From contig JAAZAW010000314.1 in assembly GCA_012514125.1 (NCBI GenBank), forward strand, positions 1 to 38,146: a stretch of DNA of 38,146 nt, written 5' to 3'. The translations under genes were made by a program, and so were the position numbers. This document shows, piece after piece, positions 1-8,703 of the stretch. The stretch comes from Phycisphaerae bacterium (GTDB lineage Bacteria > Planctomycetota > Phycisphaerae > JAAYCJ01). The notes under the pieces are model-generated. The model did no database searches and was not told the origin of the DNA. It saw nothing but the letters and a program-made list of their open reading frames with translations. Positions within the stretch are counted from its first letter, which is position 1. The number at the start of each line of letters is the position of its first letter.

Positions 1-1670
1 AGGGCGGCGTCGCCGAAGATGATGAAGGCGGGGACCCCTTGTTTTTCGGCAATTTCGCGCCGCAGGATGCGAAGTTTTTCAAAGAGCAGATCATCGACGC
101 CTTGCCATGAGTCGTATTTGATTCGGGCCACTCTTTCTTTCTTTTCTTTTTTCAGGGCGGGTTTAAGCAGCATGGGCGTTTCTTCTTTTCGCAGGACCTT
201 CCAGCCTTTGGGAGTGACGGCCAGGACGTTGTATTCGCCGGTTTTAATCAGGTATTCCTGCCCGATGAGTTGTTCGATCCAGTCGCGGACGATACGCTTG
301 TTGAATTCTTTGAGCAGGCCGTAGGTGCTGAGTTTATCGTGGCCGTTGGCGAGAATTCGTTCTTCGCTCGATCCGGTAAGGACCATGGCGTTATAATCGC
401 CGCCGAACGATTCCTTGAGGCGAAGGACGCCGGAGATGATTTTTTGCGCGATGATGAGACGGTTTTCGACGAGGTTCAAACCGCCGAGGCATACATCGCA
501 GGCGTCGCAGGATTTTTTTTCGAGCGATTGCCCGAAGTAGCGGACCAGGGCTTGATGCCGACAGGTCACGCCGGTGCAATATTGATAGATGTGGCGGAGC
601 TTGGTCAAGGCGATTTCACTGCCCTGGTTTTCGGAGTTGTTGACGATATTTTCCCAGATGTTAAAATCCTGGCCTGAGTAGATGAGATGACATTCGGCTT
701 CGAGTCCGTCGCGGCCGGCCCGGCCGCTTTCCTGTTGATAATTTTCGAGCGATTTGGGCATGGCGGCGTGGATGACGTAGCGGACGTTTGACTTGTCGAT
801 GCCCATGCCGAAGGCAATTGTGGCGACGATAATATCCACCTTTTCCTGGATGAAAAGTTCCTGATTTTTCTTCCGCGTTTCATCGGTGAGTCCCGCGTGA
901 TAGGGCAGGACGTTGTATTTGTGAGCGGAGAGAGTATCGGTGAGTTCATCGACGTCTTTTCGACGGATGCAGTAGATAACGCCGGATTCTCGCGGGTGGC
1001 GGTCGATGATCTGTCGGATTTGTGTAATGAGGTTCTGGCGGCGTTTGACATCGTAAATCAGGTTGGGACGATCAAACGATCCGACAAGGACTTCGGGGTT
1101 GGCGAGATTGAGTTCTTTGGCGATATCGTTTCGGACCAGTTCGGTGGCGGTGGCGGTATAGGCATGGATGGCGATATTGGGAAAGACGGATTTAAGACGT
1201 TTCAGATCGCGATATTCGGGTCGAAAATCGTGGCCCCACATGCTGATGCAATGGGCTTCGTCGATGGCGATAAAGGCGAGGGGGAATTGTTTGAGATAAT
1301 CGATAAAGCCCGGACTCAGCAGGCGTTCGGGGGCGACGTAAAGCAGTTTGAGGGTTCCGCTTCGCATTTTCTCGGCAACATCGCGACGTTCCTGAGACGA
1401 TAAGCTGCTGTTGAGACATGCCGCCGAAACGCCGACCCCGGTGAGGGCATCGACCTGATCTTTCATCAGGGAGATCAACGGCGAGATTACCACCGCAAGC
1501 CCCGGCATGGCCAGGGCAGGGGCCTGAAAGCACAGCGATTTGCCGCCGCCCGTGGGCAGAACGACCACGGAATCCTGATTTTTCAGGACGCACGACATGG
1601 CTTGTTCCTGAAGAGGCAGAAAGCGATCATAGCCCCAGTATTTTTTCAATATGGCTTGCAGCGTTTGCAT
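1..1670 (-). CDS. recQ: ATP-dependent DNA helicase RecQ (C-terminal end runs off the left edge)
   Basis: Open frame from ATG at 1670 to position 1. It is absent from the ORF track because it has no stop in the window. My translation: MQTLQAILKKYWGYDRFLPLQEQAM..VVLPTGGGKSLCFQ (Walker A), FIAIDEAHCISMWGHDFRPEY (DEAH box), ATIAFGMGIDKSNVRYVIH, QESGRAGRDG, a Zn-binding SCDACDVC, and an HRDC-like EKLRILRREIAEKQGVPAFIIFGD at the edge. Confidence 0.9.
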   Translation of the reverse strand, partial: MQTLQAILKKYWGYDRFLPLQEQAMSCVLKNQDSVVVLPTGGGKSLCFQAPALAMPGLAVVISPLISLMKDQVDALTGVGVSAACLNSSLSSQERRDVAEKMRSGTLKLLYVAPERLLSPGFIDYLKQFPLAFIAIDEAHCISMWGHDFRPEYRDLKRLKSVFPNIAIHAYTATATELVRNDIAKELNLANPEVLVGSFDRPNLIYDVKRRQNLITQIRQIIDRHPRESGVIYCIRRKDVDELTDTLSAHKYNVLPYHAGLTDETRKKNQELFIQEKVDIIVATIAFGMGIDKSNVRYVIHAAMPKSLENYQQESGRAGRDGLEAECHLIYSGQDFNIWENIVNNSENQGSEIALTKLRHIYQYCTGVTCRHQALVRYFGQSLEKKSCDACDVCLGGLNLVENRLIIAQKIISGVLRLKESFGGDYNAMVLTGSSEERILANGHDKLSTYGLLKEFNKRIVRDWIEQLIGQEYLIKTGEYNVLAVTPKGWKVLRKEETPMLLKPALKKEKKERVARIKYDSWQGVDDLLFEKLRILRREIAEKQGVPAFIIFGDAA

Positions 1671-1703
1671 GGAGAAATTTTATCGTTGCGGACCTGGGCA
1701 ATC

Positions 1704-1866
1704 AAGTCATACGCTTTTAATTTCATCGTGTCGTAGCATTTAAAACGTCAGAATTTTTGTTCGCTGAGAAAAGTCGAAGCGACATGGGGGATGCAAACAA
1801 AAGACCCTTCGACTTTCCTCGGGGTCCGAAACGACGACACGATTCAATCAAAAGCGTATCATACCG
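1704..1866. repeat. ~160-nt nested imperfect inverted repeat between the upstream terminator and the recQ start
   Basis: Three complementary arm pairs: ATACGCTTTT 1709-1718 with AAAAGCGTAT 1850-1859; TCGTGTCGT 1726-1734 with ACGACACGA 1834-1842; AAAGTCGAAG 1770-1779 with CTTCGACTTT 1807-1816. Confidence 0.6.
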
Positions 1867-1884
1867 AACTTCAACAAAGCGGAG

Positions 1885-1922
1885 ATAAAAAAGGCCGATA
1901 CGGTGTATTCGCCGTATCGGCC
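1885..1922 (-). terminator. Rho-independent terminator of the 1969..3381 gene
   Basis: Stem GGCCGATACGG 1893-1903 pairs with CCGTATCGGCC 1912-1922 around an 8-nt loop. A6 at 1887-1892 gives a U-tract on the minus-strand transcript. Confidence 0.75.
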
Positions 1923-1968
1923 GGGAGATTCAACCCTTTTTGACTCGACTCCGTTTGCCGCCGTATGC

Positions 1969-3381
1969 TTATTGCTGATATGGCTGAGTTGTTGGTTGTT
2001 CCATGATGTCCGAGCTTCCGTTTCGTTGTTGAGACTGTTCCGGACACATCGGGCAGGTCATATCGCAACCTTTGCCCTGCGATTTTTGTTGCTGTGACGA
2101 CTGTATCTTTCGGCAGACTTCACGGTGCAGATCGCTGAAGGTGAACTGCTGCGTCGGCAATTTCGCCAGTTTATCCCTTTGTTCCTGTGTCAGAATCTGC
2201 TGGGCCTGAGTGCGCGACTGTTCATTGAGAGTCTGGAGCTGCTGCTGTTGATCCGAAGTCAGATTGAGATGTTCTTTCAATCCCAGCAGGAATCCGGGAC
2301 TGTTGGTGTAGATCGGGGTGTGCATGATTCCCTGCCACTGCTGAATCTTGTCGTCGGAAATACCGTGCTTCCGCAGTTTTCTTTCTGCGTCCATCGAACC
2401 TTTGTCCTTTCCGGTCATTCCATTCTTTCCGGCGTTCCAGCTCTTTTGCTCGGTGGAACCGTTTTGCTGTTTGCTTTCACTGCCCAGGAACTGTGTACTG
2501 CCGTTTTGCTGCTGCTGAATATCGGAGCTTCCATTTTGCTGTTGCTGCTGAATACCGGAACTGCCGTTTTGCGATTTCGATGGGCACAGCGGACACATCA
2601 TATCACACGTCTGCCCTCTCGATTTTTGCTGGCGCATTTTGGATTGCATTTTTCGGCATGCTTCCTGATGTAATTCATGAAAGGTGAATTGCTGTGTCGG
2701 CAGTTTCGAGAGTTTGCTTCTCTGTTCCTGCGTCAGAATCTGCTGGGCCTGGGTGCGGTTCTGTTCATTGAGAGTTCTGAGCCGTTGCTGCTGGTCCGAA
2801 GTCAAGCTCAGATAGTCTTTGAGTCCCAGCAGGAACCCGGGCGAGTTGGTATAAATGGGAGCGTTGAAAACTCCCTGCCATTGCTGAATTTTTTCTTCGG
2901 AAACGCCCGCTTTTCGCAGCGCCTCGACCGATTCGGTCGAACCGGTATCCTTGCCTGTCATTCCATTCTGTCCGGCTTGCCCGCTTTGATACTCGGCACC
3001 TTTGCTGAGTCTGTCCATTGAACCATTCTCAAGGCCGGTATCTCTATCCTGGAACTGCGAGTCACCGTTTTCTCTCAGGATATCACTGTCGCGTTCCTGG
3101 GTATCGATCGTTCCCTGGTCACGGCCTTCAAGTGTTTCCTGCTCTTGAAATTCTGTTGTTTCCTGATCCTCTATCGTTCCCTGGTCGGACGAATCGTATG
3201 TCCCCTGATCAGAGCCGGTGGTCCCTTGATCCGACCCCGTGGTTCCCTGGTCATATCCGGTGGTCCCTTGGCCCGTCCCTGTCGCCCCGGAAGAACTTCC
3301 GTCACCTGCGGCGTAAACTGTGATGAATGCGATGAGCATCAGCATGCTTGCAAAAAGTAGAATTAATTTACTTTTCATCAT
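1969..3381 (-). CDS. Secreted low-complexity protein with two tandem LTxxQ-motif (CpxP/Spy/ZraP-like) modules, each ending in a Cys/Met-rich motif
   Basis: N-terminal signal peptide MMKSKLILLFASMLMLIAFITVYAAG. AGGGGGA RBS upstream. LTSDQQ and ILTQEQ motifs occur twice. C-x16-CDMMCPLCP and C-x16-CDMTCPMCP. Confidence 0.8.
   Translation of the reverse strand: MMKSKLILLFASMLMLIAFITVYAAGDGSSSGATGTGQGTTGYDQGTTGSDQGTTGSDQGTYDSSDQGTIEDQETTEFQEQETLEGRDQGTIDTQERDSDILRENGDSQFQDRDTGLENGSMDRLSKGAEYQSGQAGQNGMTGKDTGSTESVEALRKAGVSEEKIQQWQGVFNAPIYTNSPGFLLGLKDYLSLTSDQQQRLRTLNEQNRTQAQQILTQEQRSKLSKLPTQQFTFHELHQEACRKMQSKMRQQKSRGQTCDMMCPLCPSKSQNGSSGIQQQQQNGSSDIQQQQNGSTQFLGSESKQQNGSTEQKSWNAGKNGMTGKDKGSMDAERKLRKHGISDDKIQQWQGIMHTPIYTNSPGFLLGLKEHLNLTSDQQQQLQTLNEQSRTQAQQILTQEQRDKLAKLPTQQFTFSDLHREVCRKIQSSQQQKSQGKGCDMTCPMCPEQSQQRNGSSDIMEQPTTQPYQQ
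2038..2427 (-). repeat. Intragenic duplication, copy 2 (aa 319-448 of the secreted protein)
   Basis: This 130-aa module is clearly homologous to aa 139-268 (NGMTGKD..IQQWQG..PIYTNSPGFLLGLK..LTSDQQQ..LNEQ.RTQAQQILTQEQR.KL.KLPTQQFTF..C..CDM.CP.CP). The copies are 540 nt apart. Confidence 0.85.
2578..2967 (-). repeat. Intragenic duplication, copy 1 (aa 139-268)
   Basis: See copy 2. The similarity is also visible at the DNA level, for example cagaatctgctgggcctg and cccagcaggaa occur in both copies. Confidence 0.85.
3208..3270 (-). repeat. 3 x 21-bp imperfect tandem repeat encoding (QGTTG[YS]D)3
   Basis: Plus-strand units: atcagagccggtggtcccttg / atccgaccccgtggttccctg / gtcatatccggtggtcccttg. 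Confidence 0.8.
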
Positions 3382-3480
3382 ATTATCCCCCTAAAAGTAT
3401 TGGCAAACCTAAAATCCCCATTGGGCTAAAGCCCGCTTTACAGGTCATTATAAAGGTTATTTTGAGAAATAGCCAATTGA

Positions 3481-3507
3481 AAAAAACGACACAAAATGCC
3501 TGTGCCC
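3481..3507 (-). terminator. Candidate terminator downstream of the fused transketolase
   Basis: On the minus strand, GGCACA-N7-TGTGTC (one G-U pair) is followed by G and T6. Confidence 0.4.
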
Positions 3508-3566
3508 CAAAGAAATCAGGGAAGTTTTGTAAAAACAAACATCGACGAGTCATCGTGTCGGTCATT

Positions 3567-5522
3567 TTACTGCATTAGCATTTTGGCCGCGGCAAGGATA
3601 TCTTCCGGAGCCAGATGACACCAGACGAGTAATTCCTGTGGTGTTCTTCCGGATTTTGGAACCACAGGGACCGTCAGCGAACGGACCTTGATCGAACCTG
3701 TTTCCGAAGCGATTTCCGCGATGCCGGACGCCAACGCGCCGATGTAATTGTCCTCGAGTGTAAGAATCTTATTGCCGGACTCTTTGGCGGCCTGCAAAAT
3801 GAGTTCAGGATTGATCGGCAGAGAGTAGGCGTCGATCAGGCTTGCGTTGATGCCCTGAGATTCAAGCTCGCCAAGAATGTTCCTGGCCATGTGAACCATA
3901 TAGCCGGTGGCGACGATGAGCAGGTCCGATCCGCGGGCAAGAATTTTGCATCCGCCGACTTCGAACGTTTCATCGGGACTATAAATCAGGGACGTATCCG
4001 GCCGCATCGTTCGGATATAGACCATGCCATTCCAGTCCGCGGCGAGTTGGACGCATTTGTAGCTGCAAACGGCATCGGCGGGATTAAAAATCACGACCAT
4101 GGGTTTGCCGTTTTCCCGAGCACCACTTAAACTGCGGAAAAAAGCCATATCCACCAGTCCCATTTGACTCGGTCCATCCGCCGCCAGGGTCACACCGATG
4201 TGCGAGCCGACGAGTTTGATGTTGGCTCGTGAGATCATCGCCATTTCGATCTGATCGCAGGCACGGATCAGGAATTTGCCGAAAGTGGAAATGAAGGGGA
4301 TATATCCCGCGGCGGCCATTCCCACGCCGGCGCTGACCATATTTTGTTCGGCGATTTTGCATTCGATGAATTTTTCCGGATCGCTTTTTTTCAGATAATC
4401 GGAAAACGTGGAATTGCTGACATCGCCGTCGAGGGCAACGATACGCTCGTCGAGTTTGGCAAGTTCACGAAGACCCAAACCATAAGCCCGTCGGGTGGCG
4501 AGAACTTTTTTCGATTGCCAGGTCTTGAGGAAACCATCGTCCGCGAGCAGCTTGTCGAAATCGGGGTTTCCCAGCTTTCCCCGAGGCGCGGCGAATGAAA
4601 AATGACTTTTTTCCGGAAGTGCGGGACGAAAGGCGCCGGTATCGATCTTTTCGGGTAAATTGAGAATCTGTCGCATTTTATCCAGATCGGCATAGGCTTC
4701 CCGGGTCTGTTCCGCCGACAGGGCCTTTCCATGGTTGGTATAAGCGTGAAGGGCTCGTGCGCCCCAGCCTTTGACGGTCGCGGCGAGAATGACGTAAGGC
4801 CGATCGGTCATGCCTGCCATTGAAAGGGCAGAGACGACCTGTTCGACATTATGTCCATCGATGCATCGAACGTTCCATCCATAGGCGGTGAACTTCGCGG
4901 CGAGCGTGCCCTGACTTTGCTGAGGGGAAACGTAATCCGCCTGGGCCTGACCGTTGCAGTTGACGATAGCGCAGAGATTGGTCAATTGATGATCGATGCA
5001 GAAATCCGCCGCTTCCCATATCTGGCCTTCACGCGATTCGCCGTCGCCGCAGATCGCGTAGATCGTTTTATTGATCTTTTCTTTTTTCGCTGCCAGCGCC
5101 AACCCCGCTGCGACCGACAGGCCTTGTCCCAGCGAACCGGTGGCGGCGTCGAAAAAGTGAACGCCCTCGGCTGGGTTAGGATGACCGTCGAGAATGCTGT
5201 TCATTTCGCGGAGTGTATCGACGTCGTCAATCGTTAAGGCACGCGCTTCGGCGGGCGTTTTGCCGACGGCGGCGCCCAGATCGGCCAGTGCGGCGTAAAT
5301 GATCGGCACGGCGTGGCCTTCGGAAAGCACCAGTCTGTCGTTATTGATCTTCCACGGATCGTTCGGGTCGTATTTCATCTGGTGGTACATCAGTGTGACG
5401 ACCAGGTGTGCCAGACTCAGTGACGAACTCGGATGGCCTGAACCCGCGGCGGTAGTCATGCGGATGGCGAGTTTGCCCAATTCAATCGCCCGATCGTTGA
5501 TGAATTCGTATAAACTGCTCAT
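3567..5522 (-). CDS. tkt: Transketolase, single-chain 'short' type (651 aa)
   Basis: AAGSGHPSSSLS, the TPP-binding GDGESREGQIWEA, and a Pyr/C-terminal domain (FIECKIAEQNMVSAGVGMA). GGGAGG RBS. Confidence 0.9.
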   Translation of the reverse strand: MSSLYEFINDRAIELGKLAIRMTTAAGSGHPSSSLSLAHLVVTLMYHQMKYDPNDPWKINNDRLVLSEGHAVPIIYAALADLGAAVGKTPAEARALTIDDVDTLREMNSILDGHPNPAEGVHFFDAATGSLGQGLSVAAGLALAAKKEKINKTIYAICGDGESREGQIWEAADFCIDHQLTNLCAIVNCNGQAQADYVSPQQSQGTLAAKFTAYGWNVRCIDGHNVEQVVSALSMAGMTDRPYVILAATVKGWGARALHAYTNHGKALSAEQTREAYADLDKMRQILNLPEKIDTGAFRPALPEKSHFSFAAPRGKLGNPDFDKLLADDGFLKTWQSKKVLATRRAYGLGLRELAKLDERIVALDGDVSNSTFSDYLKKSDPEKFIECKIAEQNMVSAGVGMAAAGYIPFISTFGKFLIRACDQIEMAMISRANIKLVGSHIGVTLAADGPSQMGLVDMAFFRSLSGARENGKPMVVIFNPADAVCSYKCVQLAADWNGMVYIRTMRPDTSLIYSPDETFEVGGCKILARGSDLLIVATGYMVHMARNILGELESQGINASLIDAYSLPINPELILQAAKESGNKILTLEDNYIGALASGIAEIASETGSIKVRSLTVPVVPKSGRTPQELLVWCHLAPEDILAAAKMLMQ

Positions 5523-5755
5523 CGTACCTCCCGATTATTTGGTTATAGTTTATAAGGTAGTGCCCCTCGATTGAACGTCGATTAAGCCGGGAGATATTCC
5601 CGACATTATCCATCAGATTAATCTCATCCCCCCTTTCTGTCAAAATATATTTTGGTTTTGAGTTTTTCGGATGTTTCTATTAAAGTATTACACTATTGTT
5701 GCCCAGAGACAAAGGCAAACGCCTTAGTAGATATTTTTTAATCGAGGAGTGTTTA

Positions 5756-6598
5756 ATGGACCAGTTTAATCGCGAAGAGTTTGATCAATTAGCCGCTGAA
5801 TGGCGGTATGTTATTACGGACCTTATCTGCCGGGCCGGCTCCGGACATATCGGTGGGGCACTGAGTCTGGTGGAAGTCGTCCTGTCATTGTACTATCGCA
5901 ATATGAAGGTCGATCCGAAGAATCCGAAATGGGCCGATCGTGATCGTCTGGTACTCTCCAAGGGCCATGCCGCACCGGTGCTGTATGTCGCCTTGGCCTA
6001 TAAGGGTTATTTTCCGATGAGCTGGTTGCCGACGATGAATGCCGATGGAACCAAACTTCCCAGTCACGCCGACGGCAGAACCGTTCCGGGCGTCGATATG
6101 ACCACCGGTTCACTGGGCCAGGGCCTTTCCGCTGCCTGCGGGATGGCGATGGCTGCCAAAACCGACGGTCGGACCCATAATGTCTTTTGCATCATCGGCG
6201 ACGGCGAGAGCAACGAAGGCCAGAACTGGGAAGCCGCCATGTTCGCCGCTCACAACAAGCTTGACAATCTGGTGGCGATTACCGACTGTAACCAGATGCA
6301 GATCGATGGAACAACCCAGGAAATCATGTGCCTGGAACCCCTGGCCCAGAAATGGAAAGGGTTCGGCTGGGAAGTTCTGGAAATGGACGGCCACGATTGG
6401 GACTCAATCAATACGACCATCAATCAGGCCGTCGCCGTCAAAGGCAAACCTGTAATGATCATTGCCCATACCATCAAAGGCAAGGGTTGTACGATTATTG
6501 AAAATACTGTTGAAAGCCACAATATCAAAGTGCCCGATCAAGCCGCCTACGATAAATATATGAACGCGTTGACGGTTTCGGCGAAACTGCCTTATTAA
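5756..6598 (+). CDS. Transketolase, N-terminal (TPP-binding) subunit of a split enzyme
   Basis: RAGSGHIGGALS and IIGDGESNEGQNWEA. I prefer the ATG at 5756, which has a GAGGAG RBS at about 5744-5749, over the track's TTG at 5696. Confidence 0.9.
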   Translation: MDQFNREEFDQLAAEWRYVITDLICRAGSGHIGGALSLVEVVLSLYYRNMKVDPKNPKWADRDRLVLSKGHAAPVLYVALAYKGYFPMSWLPTMNADGTKLPSHADGRTVPGVDMTTGSLGQGLSAACGMAMAAKTDGRTHNVFCIIGDGESNEGQNWEAAMFAAHNKLDNLVAITDCNQMQIDGTTQEIMCLEPLAQKWKGFGWEVLEMDGHDWDSINTTINQAVAVKGKPVMIIAHTIKGKGCTIIENTVESHNIKVPDQAAYDKYMNALTVSAKLPY

Positions 6599-6636
6599 CA
6601 AAAACGATCCTGGAAAGATAAACGGAGAATAGAACG

Positions 6637-7605
6637 ATGAATTATCATGAAATGGAAATGCGGGCGGTTTACGCCGCGACCTTAAGCGAGTTGGTGAAGG
6701 AAAACCCAAATATCATGTGCCTGGAAGCGGACCTGTCCAAGGCGTCGGGAACCTTCTCGGTCATAAAGAAAAATCACCCGAAGAACTTTATCAACGTCGG
6801 CGTGGCAGAAGCCAATATGATCGGTATTGGCGCGGGTCTGGCGGTGGAAGGGAAAATTCCCTTCTGCGCAAGTTTCACCCCGTTTGCCTCCCGACGGGTC
6901 TATGATCAGATTACCATCAGCGTCGCCTACGCGAACAACAACGTCAAAATCGTCGGCACCGCGCCGGGCATTACCGCAGGCCCCAACGGCGGCACGCACA
7001 TGTGCTTCCAGGACCTTTCGATCATGCGGGCCATGCCCAATATGCACGTCTATAGTCCCGCCGATGCCTACGAACTTCGCGCGACGCTCAAGTACATGGC
7101 CAAATCGACTCAGCCGACGTACATGCAGCTGATTCGCCCCAAAATGCCCAAAATTTTTGATGAAAACGTCACCTTCGCCCCCGGCAAGGCCCAGATTCTT
7201 CGAGAAGGCACGGATGTGACATTGATTTCCACGGGCTATATGACCAAGTTTACGCTCCAGGCTGTTGGGGAACTCGAAGCCAAGGGTGTGAGCGTCGATT
7301 TGATCCATTGCGGCTCGGTCAAACCTATCGACGAACAGGCTATCATCGCCTCAGCCAAAAAAACCGGCGGTGTCGTGACGGTCGAAACCCAGAACATCAT
7401 CGGTGGTCTGGGCAGTGCGGTTTGCGAAGTGCTTTCTGAAAATCACCCCACCCGGATCAAACGTCTGGGTATTCCCGACCAGTTCGGCGAAGTAGCCACC
7501 GAAAAATATCTCTTTGAAAAACACAAATTCGGTGTCCCGCACATCGTCGCCGCCTGTGTCGAAATGAAAGAGAAAACCGCCAAAAAACATAAATGCTGTA
7601 GCTAA
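6637..7605 (+). CDS. Transketolase, C-terminal (pyrimidine-binding) subunit
   Basis: FINVGVAEANMIGIGAGLA and GGTHMCFQDLSIMRAMPNM. It starts 38 nt after the N-terminal subunit gene. Confidence 0.9.
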   Translation: MNYHEMEMRAVYAATLSELVKENPNIMCLEADLSKASGTFSVIKKNHPKNFINVGVAEANMIGIGAGLAVEGKIPFCASFTPFASRRVYDQITISVAYANNNVKIVGTAPGITAGPNGGTHMCFQDLSIMRAMPNMHVYSPADAYELRATLKYMAKSTQPTYMQLIRPKMPKIFDENVTFAPGKAQILREGTDVTLISTGYMTKFTLQAVGELEAKGVSVDLIHCGSVKPIDEQAIIASAKKTGGVVTVETQNIIGGLGSAVCEVLSENHPTRIKRLGIPDQFGEVATEKYLFEKHKFGVPHIVAACVEMKEKTAKKHKCCS

Positions 7606-7635
7606 TGACCCAACGCTGCGCATAAACCTGAAATC

Positions 7636-7676
7636 AAATCGGACGCCCGTAAAGCGGGCGTCCGATTTTTGTTTTT
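7636..7676 (+). terminator. Rho-independent terminator after the split transketolase pair
   Basis: Stem TCGGACGCCCG 7639-7649 pairs with CGGGCGTCCGA 7655-7665, loop TAAAG, followed by TTTTTGTTTTT. Confidence 0.85.
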
Positions 7677-7953
7677 ATACGGATTTGATTTAATCCATGC
7701 GCGGCTCAAAAACAAAAAAATCTTATCGGGTAGAAGAACCTGAAAAATAAGGGTGCAACGATATTGGCCCCCGCGCAAGCAGTAAGTGGAAATAGTATTA
7801 CTTGTCGGCTGTATGCAATGAACGTTTGATTTGATGCCGCTGCAATTTCGATCTCAGGCGAAACGGCAAAATGAAAGACAAAAAAAGTGATCTTCCAGCG
7901 AAATTCATATAAAATATCGGGCCGGGTTTGATAACAATAAAAGCGAGGAACCC

Positions 7954-8658
7954 ATGCTCGAAAAACGATCTACAGAGGCGGAATTTACCGATCAGCCTGA
8001 TTGTGTCCCCGCATTGGCCGATCAGGCCTATGCCGGTATGACGTTTTTTAACAAAATTTCCGGGGCAACCCGAGCCGTGCGCCAATTCATCGTTTCCGAA
8101 GCCCTCGCCGTTCCGGACGCCCGACCTTTCCGAGTGCTCGATATCGGCGCGGGCAGTTGTGATATTCCCCTGGCACTGAGCCGATGGGCTAAAAAACACC
8201 ATATAGACATTCAGATCACATGCCTGGACCATTCCCCCCGGGCCTGCGAATTGGCGAGACAGAAAATCGCAAGGGCGGGCGAAACAGCCGTCGATGTCGT
8301 CCAGGCGGACATCTTCACCTGGCAACCCGACAAGCCCTTCGATTGTGCTGTCGGATCGTTCTTTTTTCATCATTTTACCGAAGACGAAATCCTGAAATTG
8401 ACGAGGCATCTGCAAACGTTTGTCCGCCGAAGTTTGCTGATTAACGATCTTTTGCGTTATTGCACGACCTACGCCGGCGGCTGGCTGTTGACATTGCCCT
8501 TTCCCGCAAAATTACGGCACGACGTACTGGTTTCCATCGCGCGGGGTTTTAAAGTCACGGAGCTTCGACACCTTTTCCGCAAGGTTCCCGGCGTTTCGGT
8601 AACCGTTAGACGCCATCGTTTTTTTCGTGTGTTGGCCCAAATCAGATTTGATGGGTAG
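7954..8658 (+). CDS. Class I SAM-dependent methyltransferase
   Basis: Motif I VLDIGAGSCDI, then ITCLDHSP and VQADIF. Confidence 0.7.
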   Translation: MLEKRSTEAEFTDQPDCVPALADQAYAGMTFFNKISGATRAVRQFIVSEALAVPDARPFRVLDIGAGSCDIPLALSRWAKKHHIDIQITCLDHSPRACELARQKIARAGETAVDVVQADIFTWQPDKPFDCAVGSFFFHHFTEDEILKLTRHLQTFVRRSLLINDLLRYCTTYAGGWLLTLPFPAKLRHDVLVSIARGFKVTELRHLFRKVPGVSVTVRRHRFFRVLAQIRFDG

Positions 8659-8703
8659 ATTTCCGATTTTTTCATTTTGGTTCCGGCGATTTTTATTTAT
8701 CCT

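Noticed and set aside
513-520. A T8 homopolymer (A8 on the coding strand) inside recQ that I first suspected of causing a frameshift before the Zn-finger region.
   Set aside because: Recounting gives exactly 8 nt. The frame ...GQSLEKKSCDACDVCLGG... is continuous with the N-terminal helicase domain: 1670-512 is divisible by 3.
7798-8415. A 205-aa minus-strand ORF overlapping the start of the SAM methyltransferase gene.
   Set aside because: The plus-strand frame has a clean methyltransferase motif I and sensible boundaries. The minus-strand product has no motif and would overlap it by ~460 nt.
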